A stretch of 64,000 nucleotides of DNA from Octopus sinensis (taxonomy: Eukaryota), in assembly GCF_006345805.1 (NCBI RefSeq), contig NC_042999.1, forward strand, positions 12,214,001 through 12,278,000, read 5' to 3'. The notes beneath the pieces were generated by a model. It worked only from the letters and a program-made list of their open reading frames with translations, made no database searches and was not told the origin of the DNA. Shown here piece after piece: positions 39,317 to 52,269 of the stretch. The first letter of the stretch is position 1, and the number at the start of each line of letters is the position of its first letter. The position numbers were made by a program, and so were the translations under genes.

Positions 39317-40149
39317 CTGAAACTGAATCGATAGAATATTAACATCATTTAATGGAGATTCAGCTGATCATAAAACAGGGAGAATAATTTAGAGCTAAAA
39401 CTGCTGAAGGGAGGAAAAGGAAGAGGATAGAAAGAGAATAAGATGAAATAGGTAGAGAGGAAAATCAAAGAGAGGAAAAACATCTCGAGGGAAAGTGGTC
39501 CATACATTGAAAAGAAGATGGTATTGTCATAAATAACAACAAAAATGTGCATTCTAGGGTAATGAAAGTTGTCTGGGTAATATCATCATCATCATCATCA
39601 TCATCATCATTCAACATCCTTTGTCCATGCTGGCATGGGTTGGACAGTTTGACCAGGGCTGGCAAGCTGGAAGGCTGCACCAGACTCCAGCCTAATTTGG
39701 CATGGTTTCTATGGCTGGCTGCCCTCCATAATGCCAACCACTCCAAAGACTGTAGTGGGTGCATTTGCATGCCACAGGCACGGGTGCCACTTGCATGACA
39801 CTGGTATCTGTCACGACTGCAATTTTGCTCAGCTTAATAAACTATGTTAACTTAAAAGTTATAAATTTATGAAATTATGAATTTCTGTAGGTTGAACAAT
39901 GAAATAATAGGTCTTAGTTAATTAGTTGCTCAGAATTTATCAGAGGCCAGAGCTTATTTGAGAAATAAAAGCAGAACCAATAAGCAGTTGGGATTTAAGT
40001 AACATTTAATTGTATTATGCTTTCCTCACAATAAAAAAAACTGAATGAAATGGAGTTATTTGAACAGTTTTAGACTTCTTATTGCACTATTTTCATAACC
40101 TTACTTTAAATCTTAACTAAATATGACTATGTTAGGGGGACTAAATAGG

Positions 40150-41500
40150 GAACCTGGCTTTCGTTGACATGGAGAAAGCCTTTGACAGGGTCCCCTGACC
40201 CCTTATCTGGTGGTCAATGAGGAAACTAGGGATAGATGAATGGTCAATGAGAGCTGTGAAAGCCATGTACAGGGATGCTGTCAGTAAGGTGAGGGTTGGC
40301 AACGAGTACAATGAAAAATTTCGGGTAGAGGTGGGGGGTCCACCAAAGTTCAGTCCTCAGCCCCCTCCTATTTATCATAGTCCTCCAGGCAATAACAGAG
40401 GAATTCAAGACAGGATGCCCCTGGGAGCTTCTCTATGCTGATGACCTTGCTCTAATTGCAAAGTTCAGAGAACTCCTACCTCTGCTGGTGACAAAGGGCC
40501 TCTCATTCAGAGTAAAAGGTAGACTGTATGACACATATGTACAAACAGCCATGCTACATGGCAGTGAAACATGGGCCATGACTGCTGAGGACATGTGTAA
40601 GCTTGCAAGGAATGAAACCTGTATACTCTGCTGGATGTGTAATATCAGTGTGCATACTCAACAGTGTAAGTGCCTTGAGAGAAAAGAGTGACCTAAGAAG
40701 CATCAGATGTGGTGTGCAAGAGAGATGACTGCACTGGTATGAGAATGGATGAGGAGAGCTGTGTGAAAAAGTGCTACACCCTAGCGGTTGAGGGAACCTG
40801 TGGAAGAGGCAGACCCAGGAAGACCTGGGATGAGGTGGTGAAGCACGACCTTCGAACATTAGGCCTCACAAAGGCAATGATTAGTGACCAAGACCTTTGG
40901 AAATATGCTGTGCTTGAGAAGACCTGGCAAGCCAAGTAAGACCATAACCTGTGGCCTATGCCAGTGGTGTAACCAACCCACTTATGCGTACCTTTCTTTC
41001 ATTGGACACTAAACTCTGCTTGCGAAGACCTGTTGAGGCAAGTAAAATTGAAATCAAATTTGATGACAGCACCACTTGACTGGCATCTGTGCTAGTGGAG
41101 TGCTAAGAGCACCATCCGAGCATGATCGCTGCCTGGGCTGCTGACTGGCTCCTGTGATTGTTACCAGCGTCACCTTACTGGCACGTGAAAGACAACATTT
41201 GAGCGAGGTCATTGCCAGTGCTGCTGGATTGGCTCCTGTGCAGGTGGCACGTAAAAAACACCATTTGAGCGTGGCAGCTGCCAGTACTGCCTGACTGGCC
41301 CTTGTGCTGATGGCATGTAAAAAGCACCCACTACACTCACAGAGTGGTTGGCATTAGGAAGGGCATCGAGCTGTAGAAACTCTGCCAGATCAGATTGGAG
41401 CCTGGTGCAGCCATCTGGCTCACCAGTCCTCAGTCAAACCGTCCAACCCATGCTAGCATGGAAAGCGGATGTTAAACGATGATGATAATGAAGATGATGA
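40150..41500 (+). mobile_element. Internally deleted RTE (PHD-RT family) copy with 3' UTR
   Basis: Colinear with 36540-38435, except that LYADDLALIA joins directly to KFRELLP; (GAT)n tail. Confidence 0.88.
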
Positions 41501-41751
41501 TGATATATGAAATAAAAATAAGTTGCAGTCAACATTTGATTCCTTTTTTTTTATATAATTGTTGCTGTTCAAAGTAATCCCTGATCTGGGGTTACTTTGA
41601 ACAGTAATGTTTATTTTACTTATGTCCAAATTTACTTTTATGCAGTACGACATTGAGCAAAGATAAGAGTTATAAAAAAGTTCTTTTTCATTAACAAATA
41701 CAAAAGAAAAGTCAATGAGCAGCTTTAAGTGTTACAGCACGAAAGAGAATG

Positions 41752-42310
41752 TCACACAGTTATCAGTATGTCACACTTGATTTTTACCCATTCTTGTTCA
41801 AGGTCAGGGAATCGATAGAAACCCCTGTTGTTCAGTAGAACCTCTTTTGTTTTCATTTCTACCACATCTTCCCAGTTGCAGACGAGTTTATCCTCCTTCA
41901 GCGGCCGCCTCCACCCAATCTTTTTACATTTTGCAAATGATGACACAAACGCTCCATTACTTCCAGTTGAGATCACTTGACCGGCAAATGTTCGCCCTTC
42001 CTACCTCTCAATGACAAAGTTTCCAACAAAACTACTTTTGTCTTTCTGTGTTTTCTGCTCTTGCCATGTCTGAAGTACTGGAGAACCTATCACATTTATT
42101 CATTCATAGGAACATGCCTATCCACAGAGTTTGGCTCTTCACCCTGAAAATTCTCTTGCTGCTCTCTTTCTCCATGCTTCTCTATAACTTTTGATGAACC
42201 GGTGGCCATCGTTTCACTACCAGAAGCACTGATGTCCTCAACACTTATACTTTTGCCAAGGGTAATGGTCAACTTCTTTCGTCTCTTCTTTGGTCTGCTC
42301 TCATGTTATA
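41752..42310 (-). pseudogene. Degenerate DNA-transposase-like C-terminal fragment
   Basis: PKKRRKK basic patch, then VGNFVIER*EGRTFAGQV...GWRRPLKEDKLVCNWEDV...RGFYRF, with in-frame stops. Confidence 0.45.
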
Positions 42311-43289
42311 TAAGTTTTTACAAAGATACCAAAGTTGTAAAAACACTTCAATAGAAAATTATTAACTAGTTATATTAACATCATATTTTAACAAAAGCTG
42401 GTACCTTTTATGCAAGAAGTGCTTTAGCTACTGACAAAAGTATTCATACCTTACAAAAGTGTTTGTTTTGCTGGAATTTGAAGAAGTTGACAAATTCTTT
42501 TTTTGAGTGGACAATCAAAGTTATATTTACAAATTTTACTTTATGTATTGAAATTATATAATCATAGAAATATAATTCTAAAGTTTAACAACACATTAAA
42601 CAATTCTGTAAGAAATTTTAATAACAATCAATAAGAGGAAACAGAATATTATATTTTGTTCAAAGTTAGCCTGGTGTTCAAGGTAACCCTGTTTCATGGT
42701 ACCATCTGCTTTTGTTATATATTTATACTGTACTTAAGTTACCATTAGATAAATTTGGATACTTTCAGAATTCTGAATTGGCTAGCAACAGTGGATTTCT
42801 TTCACTGATGTAGTTCATGATAAGATTGGATTACGGAACTGTCTGTTTTGTGTCATTCTGTGGAGTCAATTTGTGGCATAATTCACTTTGATATGCTTTG
42901 ATCTTTTATGGATCCTATGTAATCAAAACAGGTGAAATCTTTCAGACTATCACTACCCCATGGAGAAAAAGGACAAAGAATTGGGTAGTTGTTTCCTTTT
43001 GTTAGTGACTGAATGTTTTGTAAAAATCGAAAAAAAAACTCATAAGTTTTTACATTTTTACCCCCTAATTCTGCACCCTTTTCTCAGCAAAATTACTCCT
43101 GTCTTATGAGGGTGTCTTTGTCTTTAACCTTGCTCATCTTCCATAGTGTTTATATTTTGCATGGTTGGGATCAACAAACTGCAGATTATGGTTTGGCAAT
43201 TGCTGAAAGGCACAGCAGAGATTTACAGAGATTGTAGAATAACTTCAGATTTGCTTCTTTCACTTTGTGATCTTAAACTGAAAGATTAC

Positions 43290-43401
43290 CAAAGAATCTT
43301 GTCTAATGCCTTGATAATGCCTGTATATGAAACACCTCCAAGCTTTTTGTATTTGAACATGTCTGGCGATTCCCCAAACACATTAGTTTGTTTACAGTAG
43401 A
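43290..43401 (-). CDS. Exon (YCKQTNVFGESPDMFKYKKLGGVSYTGIIKALDKIL)
   Basis: ttcttgctttgttaattattcaccag| acceptor and TG|gtaatc donor; only one frame is open; phase 1 to 2. Confidence 0.65.
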
Positions 43402-44701
43402 CTGGTGAATAATTAACAAAGCAAGAAACTTAATAGTGTTTTGTATATCGATTGTTATGGTGCAAATATCCTGTAGGATGTAATTCCTTTCAATAAGATT
43501 ACTGAGCATTAATTATGTCCTCTTTTACAATTCTCACAGTCACTTGTTATTGACAGATTCAGACTTTTCTCTAATGTACAAACAATTAAGAAATAAACTT
43601 TGAGTTTGAAAGGAAAAAAAAAAAACCCTTTCTTTCAGTTTCATTTAGTTGCTGAGTTTTCGTGACTGGCCAATGGCTGGTGGCTATTGCAATTTTACCA
43701 AAAAGAGAAATACATGGGAGCTGTTTGTCCTACTGAAGACTTGGCTGCCTGATGCTGCTGATCGCTAGTTCATTAGTTAATTATGAGGATTCTGAGCAGA
43801 GTTGTTGTTTTAGTTCAGAAGGAATTGATCACTACTAGGCAGTAAAGATGGAGGGAAGGTGAAAGATAGGTATGGCCTATAAAGACTGAAGCATACTAGT
43901 AAAAATAGCCAGCCGATCAACTTTGTACAATATTAAACTAAACATGTCTGTCTCTAAGATACAGAATCACTTCTGTCAGATATAGAATTTAGATACTTGG
44001 TGAATATTAAATTACTGATGAGTTAATTGTTTCGTTACTATATAATGAACTCTAGAATATATCTATAGATTTATCAGCCAAAATACTGTGTGTTATGACA
44101 ATTATAGATAATTCAACTGAACTTTTATGTGTGGACAACAACAAAAAATAGAAAAGAAAAACAGAGAAACAGTTGTACGAATACATTTCAACTCATTTTA
44201 AAATCTTTTGGGGTTTTTTTCGGAGTGTTTTTTAAGTCTGCATCATCCACGGAGAAAGAGAAAGACTCCCAAAAAGAGTCAAAACACATCGACAGCTATT
44301 CCCAGCTGTAACCCAGTGTGTGGCTTTTGTTTATTATATCTAAGATATAGAATTTCAAACAACTGGTAGATCCAAGTTCTGAGTTCAATCTCCAATAATC
44401 TGCTGGCGTAGCTTCAATTGAGCATATCTCTCCACTTTAAATATAAGGGAGGTGAGATTTGTCCTTATTGGATCATGAGTTAGGTTAACATGCAGTTTAG
44501 GGGTTTAAAAAAAAAAAAATGAATGTAAATTGACAAAAGTGACAACAAGGAAATCCCATAATTTCATAAAGGGAGCTGGTGAATTCCCTTAATTTTATAA
44601 ACAGATTTCTTTCATTATTACCTTAGCCACTGGTCCCTACTTGTATGGTGATTTCAGAAATAGAAGCAGGGATACACTGTTCCAACTTACTATAAATGTG
44701 A

Positions 44702-47565
44702 TTGTGTTTGTTTTATATAAGTATGGCTTCCATGTTATATAAAATAAATGTACATTCTGCACTCTGTGATGGAGTTCTCAGCATAGCCGGCTACAACCTG
44801 TTCCGCAAAGACCGCATTAATCGCCGAGGAGGGGGTGTGATGATTTATGTTCAATCAAATCTATCGGCAATCCCCTGTGATGATTTGAACCAATCTCAGC
44901 AGGAAGTATTTTTCTGCAATATACACATGACCATGTCAACACTTCTGCTTGGAGTCGTTTACCGTCCTCCAAATTATCGCCAAGACGCACAGCTTTTTGA
45001 TATCCTCAGAGCTGCTGCCATGAAAACAGCCACATATGTGTATATTGCGGGGGACTTTAATTTCCCTGAGATTGACTGGGAGGCCTTCCGTTGGCCGCAG
45101 AGTGCAGGCGATTTCCTTGAACTGGTGCTGAATTTAAATTGGTCTCAAGTTGTTACCTCCCCCACAAGGAATAACAACACTTTGGATCTGCTACTTACCG
45201 CTTCTCCTGAAACAATCATTAGTGTCACTACTGAAGAACCTTTAGGTGACTCTGATCATTCCATGATCATGGCCGACTTGTCTCTGATTGGTTGTAACAA
45301 AAACCACAACCATCTTCAAACTGCCCGCTTTGACTGGAATAAAACAGACTGGAGCTCTTATTGTACTGAGCTGCAACGCCCAAACTGGCTTAAATATATG
45401 CCTCTGGAGATGTGGACACTATACTCCAGAACATTCTGAATTCAATATGAGCGGCATGTGCAGCATCAGTAACATGCAAGCACAAAAAACCACCCAATAG
45501 TGCAATTTGGGAGACTGCAGCAGTCCAACTTGCTAGAAAAGAACGCTGTAATGCTGAACAGGAATACAAATTGCACAAATCAGAGAGCAACAGGAAAAAG
45601 TGCAATAGGTCACCCAACCACCTCAAACAGGTGACAAAAAAGGCAGTGCTTGAATTTGAACAACGCATTGCAACCAACCCTGACAGCAAAGTGTTCTGGA
45701 AGTATGTGCACTCAAAGCAGAGACCTCACTCTCCAGTTGGTCCCCTTCACAATCCCCACACAGGACAGATTACTGGCAATCCCAAAGAATGTGCAGAAAT
45801 CATTGCTGGATGTTATGCCGGCATCTTTACTGTCGAAGACCAAAATGTTCCATCTTCATCACCACTGACATCGGACTCTATATCTACTATGCAATTTACA
45901 CCAGCAATGCTACCATGCCACCTTAAGAATAAACGCAACTATGCCTCTCTTGATCTCGATGGTGTTACATACCTACTTCTCAAACGCGGTGGGTACTTTC
46001 TTCTAAGCCAGCTTTCTCTATTCTTCCAATTCTGTCTTGACAATGGTGTTACTCCAGAGCAGTGGAAAACTGCCAGTGTTATCCCTCTGTTCAAAAAAGG
46101 TGACTGCACATCACCTGTCAACTATCGCCCCGTTAGTCTTACTAGCTGCATCGCCAAACTGATGGAATCCTGTATCAGGGAAACTCTCTGGAACTTCTGG
46201 AAGTCTCACAGCCTCATCCAGCCGTCACAATTTGGATTTATTCCTAACTCCAGCTGCTGTAATCAATTCATCGAGTTTCTTGAGGACGTTACCCAAATCA
46301 CTGATCGCGGATCCTGGGTGGATGTTGTTTACCTGGACTTTGCTAAGGCTTTTAACTCTGTGCCACACAAAAGACTTATGGTGAAGCTCTCTGCGTTGGG
46401 CATAAGAGACGAACTCTATAACTGGTTGAAGTCCTTTATTTTCGGCCGAAAAGAGGTTGTCACAGTTCTAGGACAGCACTCTTCACCCTATGAGATGACA
46501 TCTGGTGTACCACAGGGATCTGTTCTTGGCCCCCTCTTATTTGTTGCATATGTTAATGACATAGATGCCAACTTAAAGAATGTCACAGTGCTGAAATATG
46601 CAGATGACATCAAGCTGTACCTCGAAATAAAGAGGTCAGATCCTGCACACTATAGATCTCTATTGCAAGCAGACCTGGACACAATACAGCAGTGGATCAT
46701 GGACTGGCAACTCAAGTTGGCTGTGGACAAATGTACCACCATGCATTTTGGGATGAGAAACCCAGCGTCCACCTACTCCCTCCACAACACTAATCTCAAA
46801 AAGTCTTCATGTGAATGTGACCTGGGTGTTATTGTCGACAGGGATTTGCGTTGGACAAAACAAATCGCTAAAATTGTCAAGAAGGCTGAGGGTGTCTTGG
46901 CATCACTCACCAAATCCTTTGTGAGCTGCTCTCCAACTATCTATCTGCGGCTTTATATAGCTATGGTAACACCTCACCTGGAATTTGCATCACCGGTCTG
47001 GAACCCCTATCTTGCCCAGGTTATCAATCGTCTGGAAGCCGTTCAGCAATGTGCAACCAAGAGAATGCCCTCCATCAGACATTTGCCATATTCTGAACGT
47101 CTTACTTCCCTGGGCATGGACACATTGAAACTCCGACGTCTGGCAGCTGACTTTGTAGACACCCATAAAATTATTAACCATCTTACTAACAATAACTCTG
47201 AGCACCTTTTCAAACTCCACCCGTCTAACACCCATGGATATATTTACAAAGTCAGAAAACAGCACAGCTCCCATGACTTTAGGAAACATTTTTTCACGCT
47301 AAGAGTTGCTGAAGCATGAAACAAACTGCCGGCATCAGTTGTTAGTTATCAGAGCACTGCATCCTTCAAAACTTCCATGCTTTCTGAGATTCGCCAATGC
47401 TACACCTGATTTTCTCCCCTCCATACACACACAAGTATGTATCTGACTCATGCGTTGTTCACTTGCCAGACATTTGTACATTACTGCATATACTCTATAC
47501 ACACTTTCTGACAAGTTGTGGTGCACCTGAGCACTGTATACAATAATTTCATTATTATTATTATA
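44702..47565 (+). mobile_element. CR1/L2-like LINE (APE + RT), frameshifted
   Basis: GVVYRPP, AGDFN, SDH (APE); NYRPVSLTS, YLDFAKAF, GVPQGSVLGP, YADD, DLGV (RT); (ATT)n tail. Confidence 0.92.
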
Positions 47566-47649
47566 CATTGGTTATGTTATGTAGATTCATTTACATGAAA
47601 TAGTGGCATGTTGATCCCATAATTACATGTAAAAAAAAAATCAAGATCT

Positions 47650-48022
47650 GTTGAGGCAAATGAAATCGGAATCGAAATCAAAATTGCTCAAAAATCAATG
47701 GAAATTGTAGTTGTGATACCAGTGCCGGTGGCACATAAAAGCACCATCTGAACCTGGCCGATGCCAGTGCTGCCTTGACTGGCCTCCGTGCCGTTGGCAC
47801 GTAAAAAGCACCAACCAATCATGGCCATTGCCAGCCTTGCCTGGCACCTGTGCCGGTGGTACATAAAAGTGAAACCCACTACACTCACAGAGTGGTTGGC
47901 GTTAGGAAGGGCATCAAGCTGTAGAAACACTGCCAGATCAGACTGGGCCTGGTGCAGACTCCTGTCTTCCCAGACCCTAGTCGAACCATCCAACCCAAGC
48001 TAGCCTGGAAAGCGGACGTTAA

Positions 48023-48060
<38 letters not shown>
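47650..48060 (+). mobile_element. RTE 3'-UTR-derived repeat with (GAT)n tail (one of ~18 copies)
   Basis: Same sequence as the 3' UTR at 37850-38435. Other copies include 7550, 7830, 8350, 14450, 16030, 16280, 33490, 34385, 34720, 39590, 56790, 58760 and 61560. Confidence 0.88.
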
Positions 48061-48064
<4 letters not shown>

Positions 48065-48109
48065 ACATCAGGTTTATTGCCTTAAGTCTTGATAAAGGAA
48101 GGAATTTAC

Positions 48110-48130
48110 CATGCGCTCTGTAATTAGCTG
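48110..48130 (-). CDS. Candidate 21-nt microexon (ANYRAH)
   Basis: gttttattgtcag| acceptor and ATG|gtaaat donor; phase 1-1. ANYRAH-V-YCKQTN aligns with GNFNKVPYxIGTN. Confidence 0.4.
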
Positions 48131-49049
48131 CTGACAATAAAACAATCTCATTAAATGTAATGTTTCTGTGAGAATTAACGCCCTCTTAGATTTATGGATA
48201 TTTGGTAGTCTTCAAAGCTGTGTTCTTCAACAATGCACTGTTATGTTGCTTGCTTTGGCCATACGCTTATCAACAGAATGGAATACTGTGGCCATGATTT
48301 ATTCTCAAGTTTCACAAATAAATAAACTAGGTGTAGGCATGGCTGTGTGGTTAAGAAGCTTACTTTGCAACCATGTGGTTTCAGGTTCAGTCCCCCGTTT
48401 AGTAGAACCTTGGGCAAGTGTCCGATAATTTAGCCCTGAGACGACGAATGCCTTGTGAATGGATTTGGTTGATGAAAACTGTGGAATTCCTAGACCAAGT
48501 CATGAAAGTTACTGAGAGGGTTATAGTTCAATTGATTAGGAATAGAATTAAACGAGATGAGATGCAGAGGACAACTGCATAAAGAAGTGCCAATCAGTGA
48601 AAGTGGATGGTACCTGTGGAAGAGGGAGACCCAGGAAGATATGAGACGAAGTGGTAAGGACTGGTCTCTGGATGTTGGGCCTCACAGAGGAAAAGACAAT
48701 GGACTGAGATGTCTGGCGATATGAAGTTCTTGAGAAGATCTGCCCACATCAGTGAAAGTGAGTTCTAGAAGCGGTGTGTGTCGCAGCCTCACTTAACAAG
48801 AAAACTTCTCCCCCCCCCACCACAACAAACCAAACTACATCTCTATATCTCTTCTCTTCTTCACATTTCCGCTTCATGCACTATGCTTACCTCCCACTCC
48901 CCAATCCTGTCCTCTTGGCCCTGTGCCACTGTATCATTGCTCTCTGCTAGCCCCTGACATGCGTGTTCCATCCACATGCCCTATCTCACTATATTATTGC
49001 TATCTGCTATCCCCTGACCTGAGTGTTCCACCCACATGTAACAAGAAAA

Positions 49050-50190
49050 CTTTTCACTCACACTACCCCAACAAACCAATGGTTTTAGCTAGGTTGATTC
49101 TAAGGCCCTTCGATTCTAATCTTTGTTTCCACACCTGAAACTTCTCCCCTAGTTCTGATAGTGACTCAGCAATTAGAGCAAGGTCATCAGCATAGAGGAG
49201 CTCCCAGGGGTATCCTGTCTTGAATTCCTCCGTTATTGCCTGGAGGACTATGATAAATAGGAGGGGGATGAGGACTGAACCTTGGTGTACCTCTACCCTG
49301 AATTCTTCACTGTACTCGTTGCCAACCCTCATCTTACCTACAGCATCCCTGGACACGGCTTGCACAGCTCTCACTAACCATTCATCTATCCCTAGTTTCC
49401 TCATTGACTACCAGATAAGGGATCAGGGGACCATGTCAAAGGATTTATCCATGTCAACGAAAGCCAGGTACAGGGGCTTATCTTTGGCTATGTATTTCTC
49501 CTGCAGCTTTCTTACCAGAAATATGGCATCAGTGGTGCTTTTCCCTGGCACGAACCCAAACTGCATCTCATCTAAACTGACTCTCTCCCTAATCAGTTGG
49601 GCTATGACCCTCTCCGTAACCTTCATTACCTGATCCAACAGCTTGATACCTCTGTAATTATTTGTATCTGAAGCTTCACCTTTATCTTTGTAGTAGTTGA
49701 CTATTATGCTGTATCACCTGGTTAACTATACGGGTGACTAGGCTATAGCCAACAGTGCTAGATATTTTGAGCATCTCTGCAGTAATTCCTGATGGGCCTG
49801 GGGCTTTCCCTGTCTTCATGCTTTTAATTACCTTACCTACCAAGGTACTGTCAACTCGGATAGTTGGTCCCTCTGTTGGGTCGACATTCGGCAGACTCTC
49901 TTTCAGCCATTCATTTTCTTTATTCAGCAACCTTTCATAGTGGCATCTCCAAACCTCTCTCTTTGCATCCTCATTTAGCGCAAGTGAACCATCCTCCATG
50001 CAAACACATTTCTCTCCTACAACATCACGATTCTCTCTCACACACTGTCTTGCAACACGAAATACCTCAAGTCTTTGGTCCTCATGCCACAGAACATTGG
50101 CAAATCTTTTCTTATCTGCTTCCCCTCTGGTTAAATAAACCTGTCTCCTAGCTTCCCTTCTGGCAGCCTGATACAATTCCCTGCTACCAC
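49050..50190 (-). mobile_element. RTE (PHD-RT family) fragment
   Basis: ORFs 49682..50176, 49423..49638 and 49063..49404 are colinear with 35800-36950. Confidence 0.9.
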
Positions 50191-50739
50191 CATTATGTAA
50201 AGGATGAAAGAACAGTGATTGAAGTTGTAAAGAAAATACTAATTTACCGTTACATTGTATATATCCAAAACCATTCTGTGTGGCTGGCTCCTGTCAAACT
50301 GTCCCACCCATGCCTGCATGGAAAGCAGACGTTTAATGATGATGATGATAATGATATGTTTTGGAAGGGCATCCAGCCATAGCAATCATCTCAAAGCAGA
50401 CAATGGAGCATGGTGCAGCTCTCCCTCAAACCATCCAACCCATACCAGTGCTGATGATGGGCGTTAAATTATGATGATGATGATAATGATATATGTATAT
50501 GATGGATACCTGAATGTATGAATGTATGTGTGTGTGTGTGTGGGGGGGGGGTAGCATAATATATTATTTCTAAGGATCAAAAGATGTAACTATAGTTATA
50601 CACAATTCTTGAATTGATTCACCATTCTCTCTTATTTACTTAACAATAAAAAACATTTCTACTATGGAAAAATGTTTAATGATTGTTGTTCTTTTGTGAT
50701 TGTTACAAATTGATCACTCTACACATGTTGATTAATGCA

Positions 50740-51000
50740 ATCAATTACATTGCATCTATCACCAACATCATCATGGAGAAAGAAACAGCGATCATTATTC
50801 AAGCTCGGATAACAGTTGTCAAATATAAACCAGGGATCAATAAGAAATCTATCGACCTCTTCAATGTTACTATGGGTGCCCAGGACTCTATTGTAAACAA
50901 GCAATCTCATTGGCCTATGTTTAATGGAAATGCACTTGCTTGGAATCACGGGAAGTCTTTATTGGCATGGCAAGCTTTTAATTCTAAATATTGTCAATCC
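50740..51000 (+). mobile_element. Penelope-like RT relic
   Basis: IIQAR...KKSIDLFNVTMGAQD resembles the PLE motif LFDVTMGxxDGAE. Confidence 0.55.
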
Positions 51001-51299
51001 ATTTACAACCAATGGATACTCCCTTCGCAACTTCTTTAAAAATAAGAATTCCAAATAACTGACAAAGTCCATCTCCCAAATGCCAATTATCTGGTCATCA
51101 CAAATTTTTTTCATTACCAATTCCACAAACCTAATGAAACACTAAATAATATCTTTGAATATTCCATCAGCAGTCGTCCCTTGGGGAAAGCCTCACTGTT
51201 TTTGCTGCCTGTGTTGCACGTCTACAAATCTATGACTTTTTCCCTTTCCAGATCCTCAACTTAGCCTATATACTCATCAAGTGTGTAAACACCTTCATT

Positions 51300-51620
51300 C
51301 ATTCAAAATGATGGAGCCACTACCCTTAACAATATCTCTTGCATTGCACTCAAACACTGTATCCCAGATCTAGCCCTTATTCTCATCAAATTCTTCAATC
51401 TCTTCCTCTTCAAGGATCTACCCTGGTTTTTGGAAACATGCTACACTGTGTCTCATTCTCAAGAACTGAAATTTCTCTGACCCTGCCAACTCTTGGCCTA
51501 TTGTATTTTACTTTTGATATCTATAAGATGATGGAGACAACTATTAGAAACGACATCTTCCAACACGTTGAACTTCTCTCTCTCTCTCTCACTTTCTCCT
51601 TAACGACCACTAGTATGATC
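51300..51620 (+). mobile_element. Degenerate LINE RT fragment
   Basis: Frameshifted LKHCIPDLALIL...WKHA...DPAN(S)WPI... similar to the NYRPI region. Confidence 0.55.
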
Positions 51621-51667
51621 CACCAGTGACCTACACATCTATATCACCCACTAGTGGGCTCTCACAC

Positions 51668-51807
51668 TGTTGTGTGGACGCCCCAGACGATGAAGTAGAC
51701 TAGGCCAATATGTAGATATAGAGGGAGAAGTCTAGATGTCAGGAGTAGAAGAGAGAAGAGAGAAGAGAGAAGAGTTGAGTAGAGGCATCCGAACGTGCGA
51801 CATAACA
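51668..51807. mobile_element. Short solo-LTR-like element
   Basis: TGTTGTGT...ACATAACA termini, flanked by a CACAC 5-bp duplication. Confidence 0.55.
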
Positions 51808-52269
51808 CACACTGAAACATTTGAGGAAAACAACGTTGTCCTCCTCAATATCAGGAAAACTTTTCACTGTGTTGGGTATGTGAATGCTCTGTGACAACAA
51901 CCCATTAACAGGCTCTATCCATCTTTCATTTCTTGGATTAGTAATTTCATACTAGTGGTCATTAAGGAGAAAGTGAGAGAGAGAGAGAAGTTGATGGATG
52001 AAGGGTAGCATCATCTACATAAGCAGAGTGTTGCTAGACAGGAAGGCAAGTTAAATCATTGATCTTTAGAAGGGATCTTTTGAAGGAAAATAAAACTGAA
52101 GCTTGGGGCATGTTGGAATTGACAGAATGAGAGACAGAAAGAACTTTGTCGATGGATATTGTAATAGTGAGACCTGTTAGGAAATTACTAATCCAAGAAA
52201 TGAAAGATGGATAGAGCCTGTTAATGGGTTGTTGTCACAGAGCATTCACATACCTAACACAGTTAAAAG

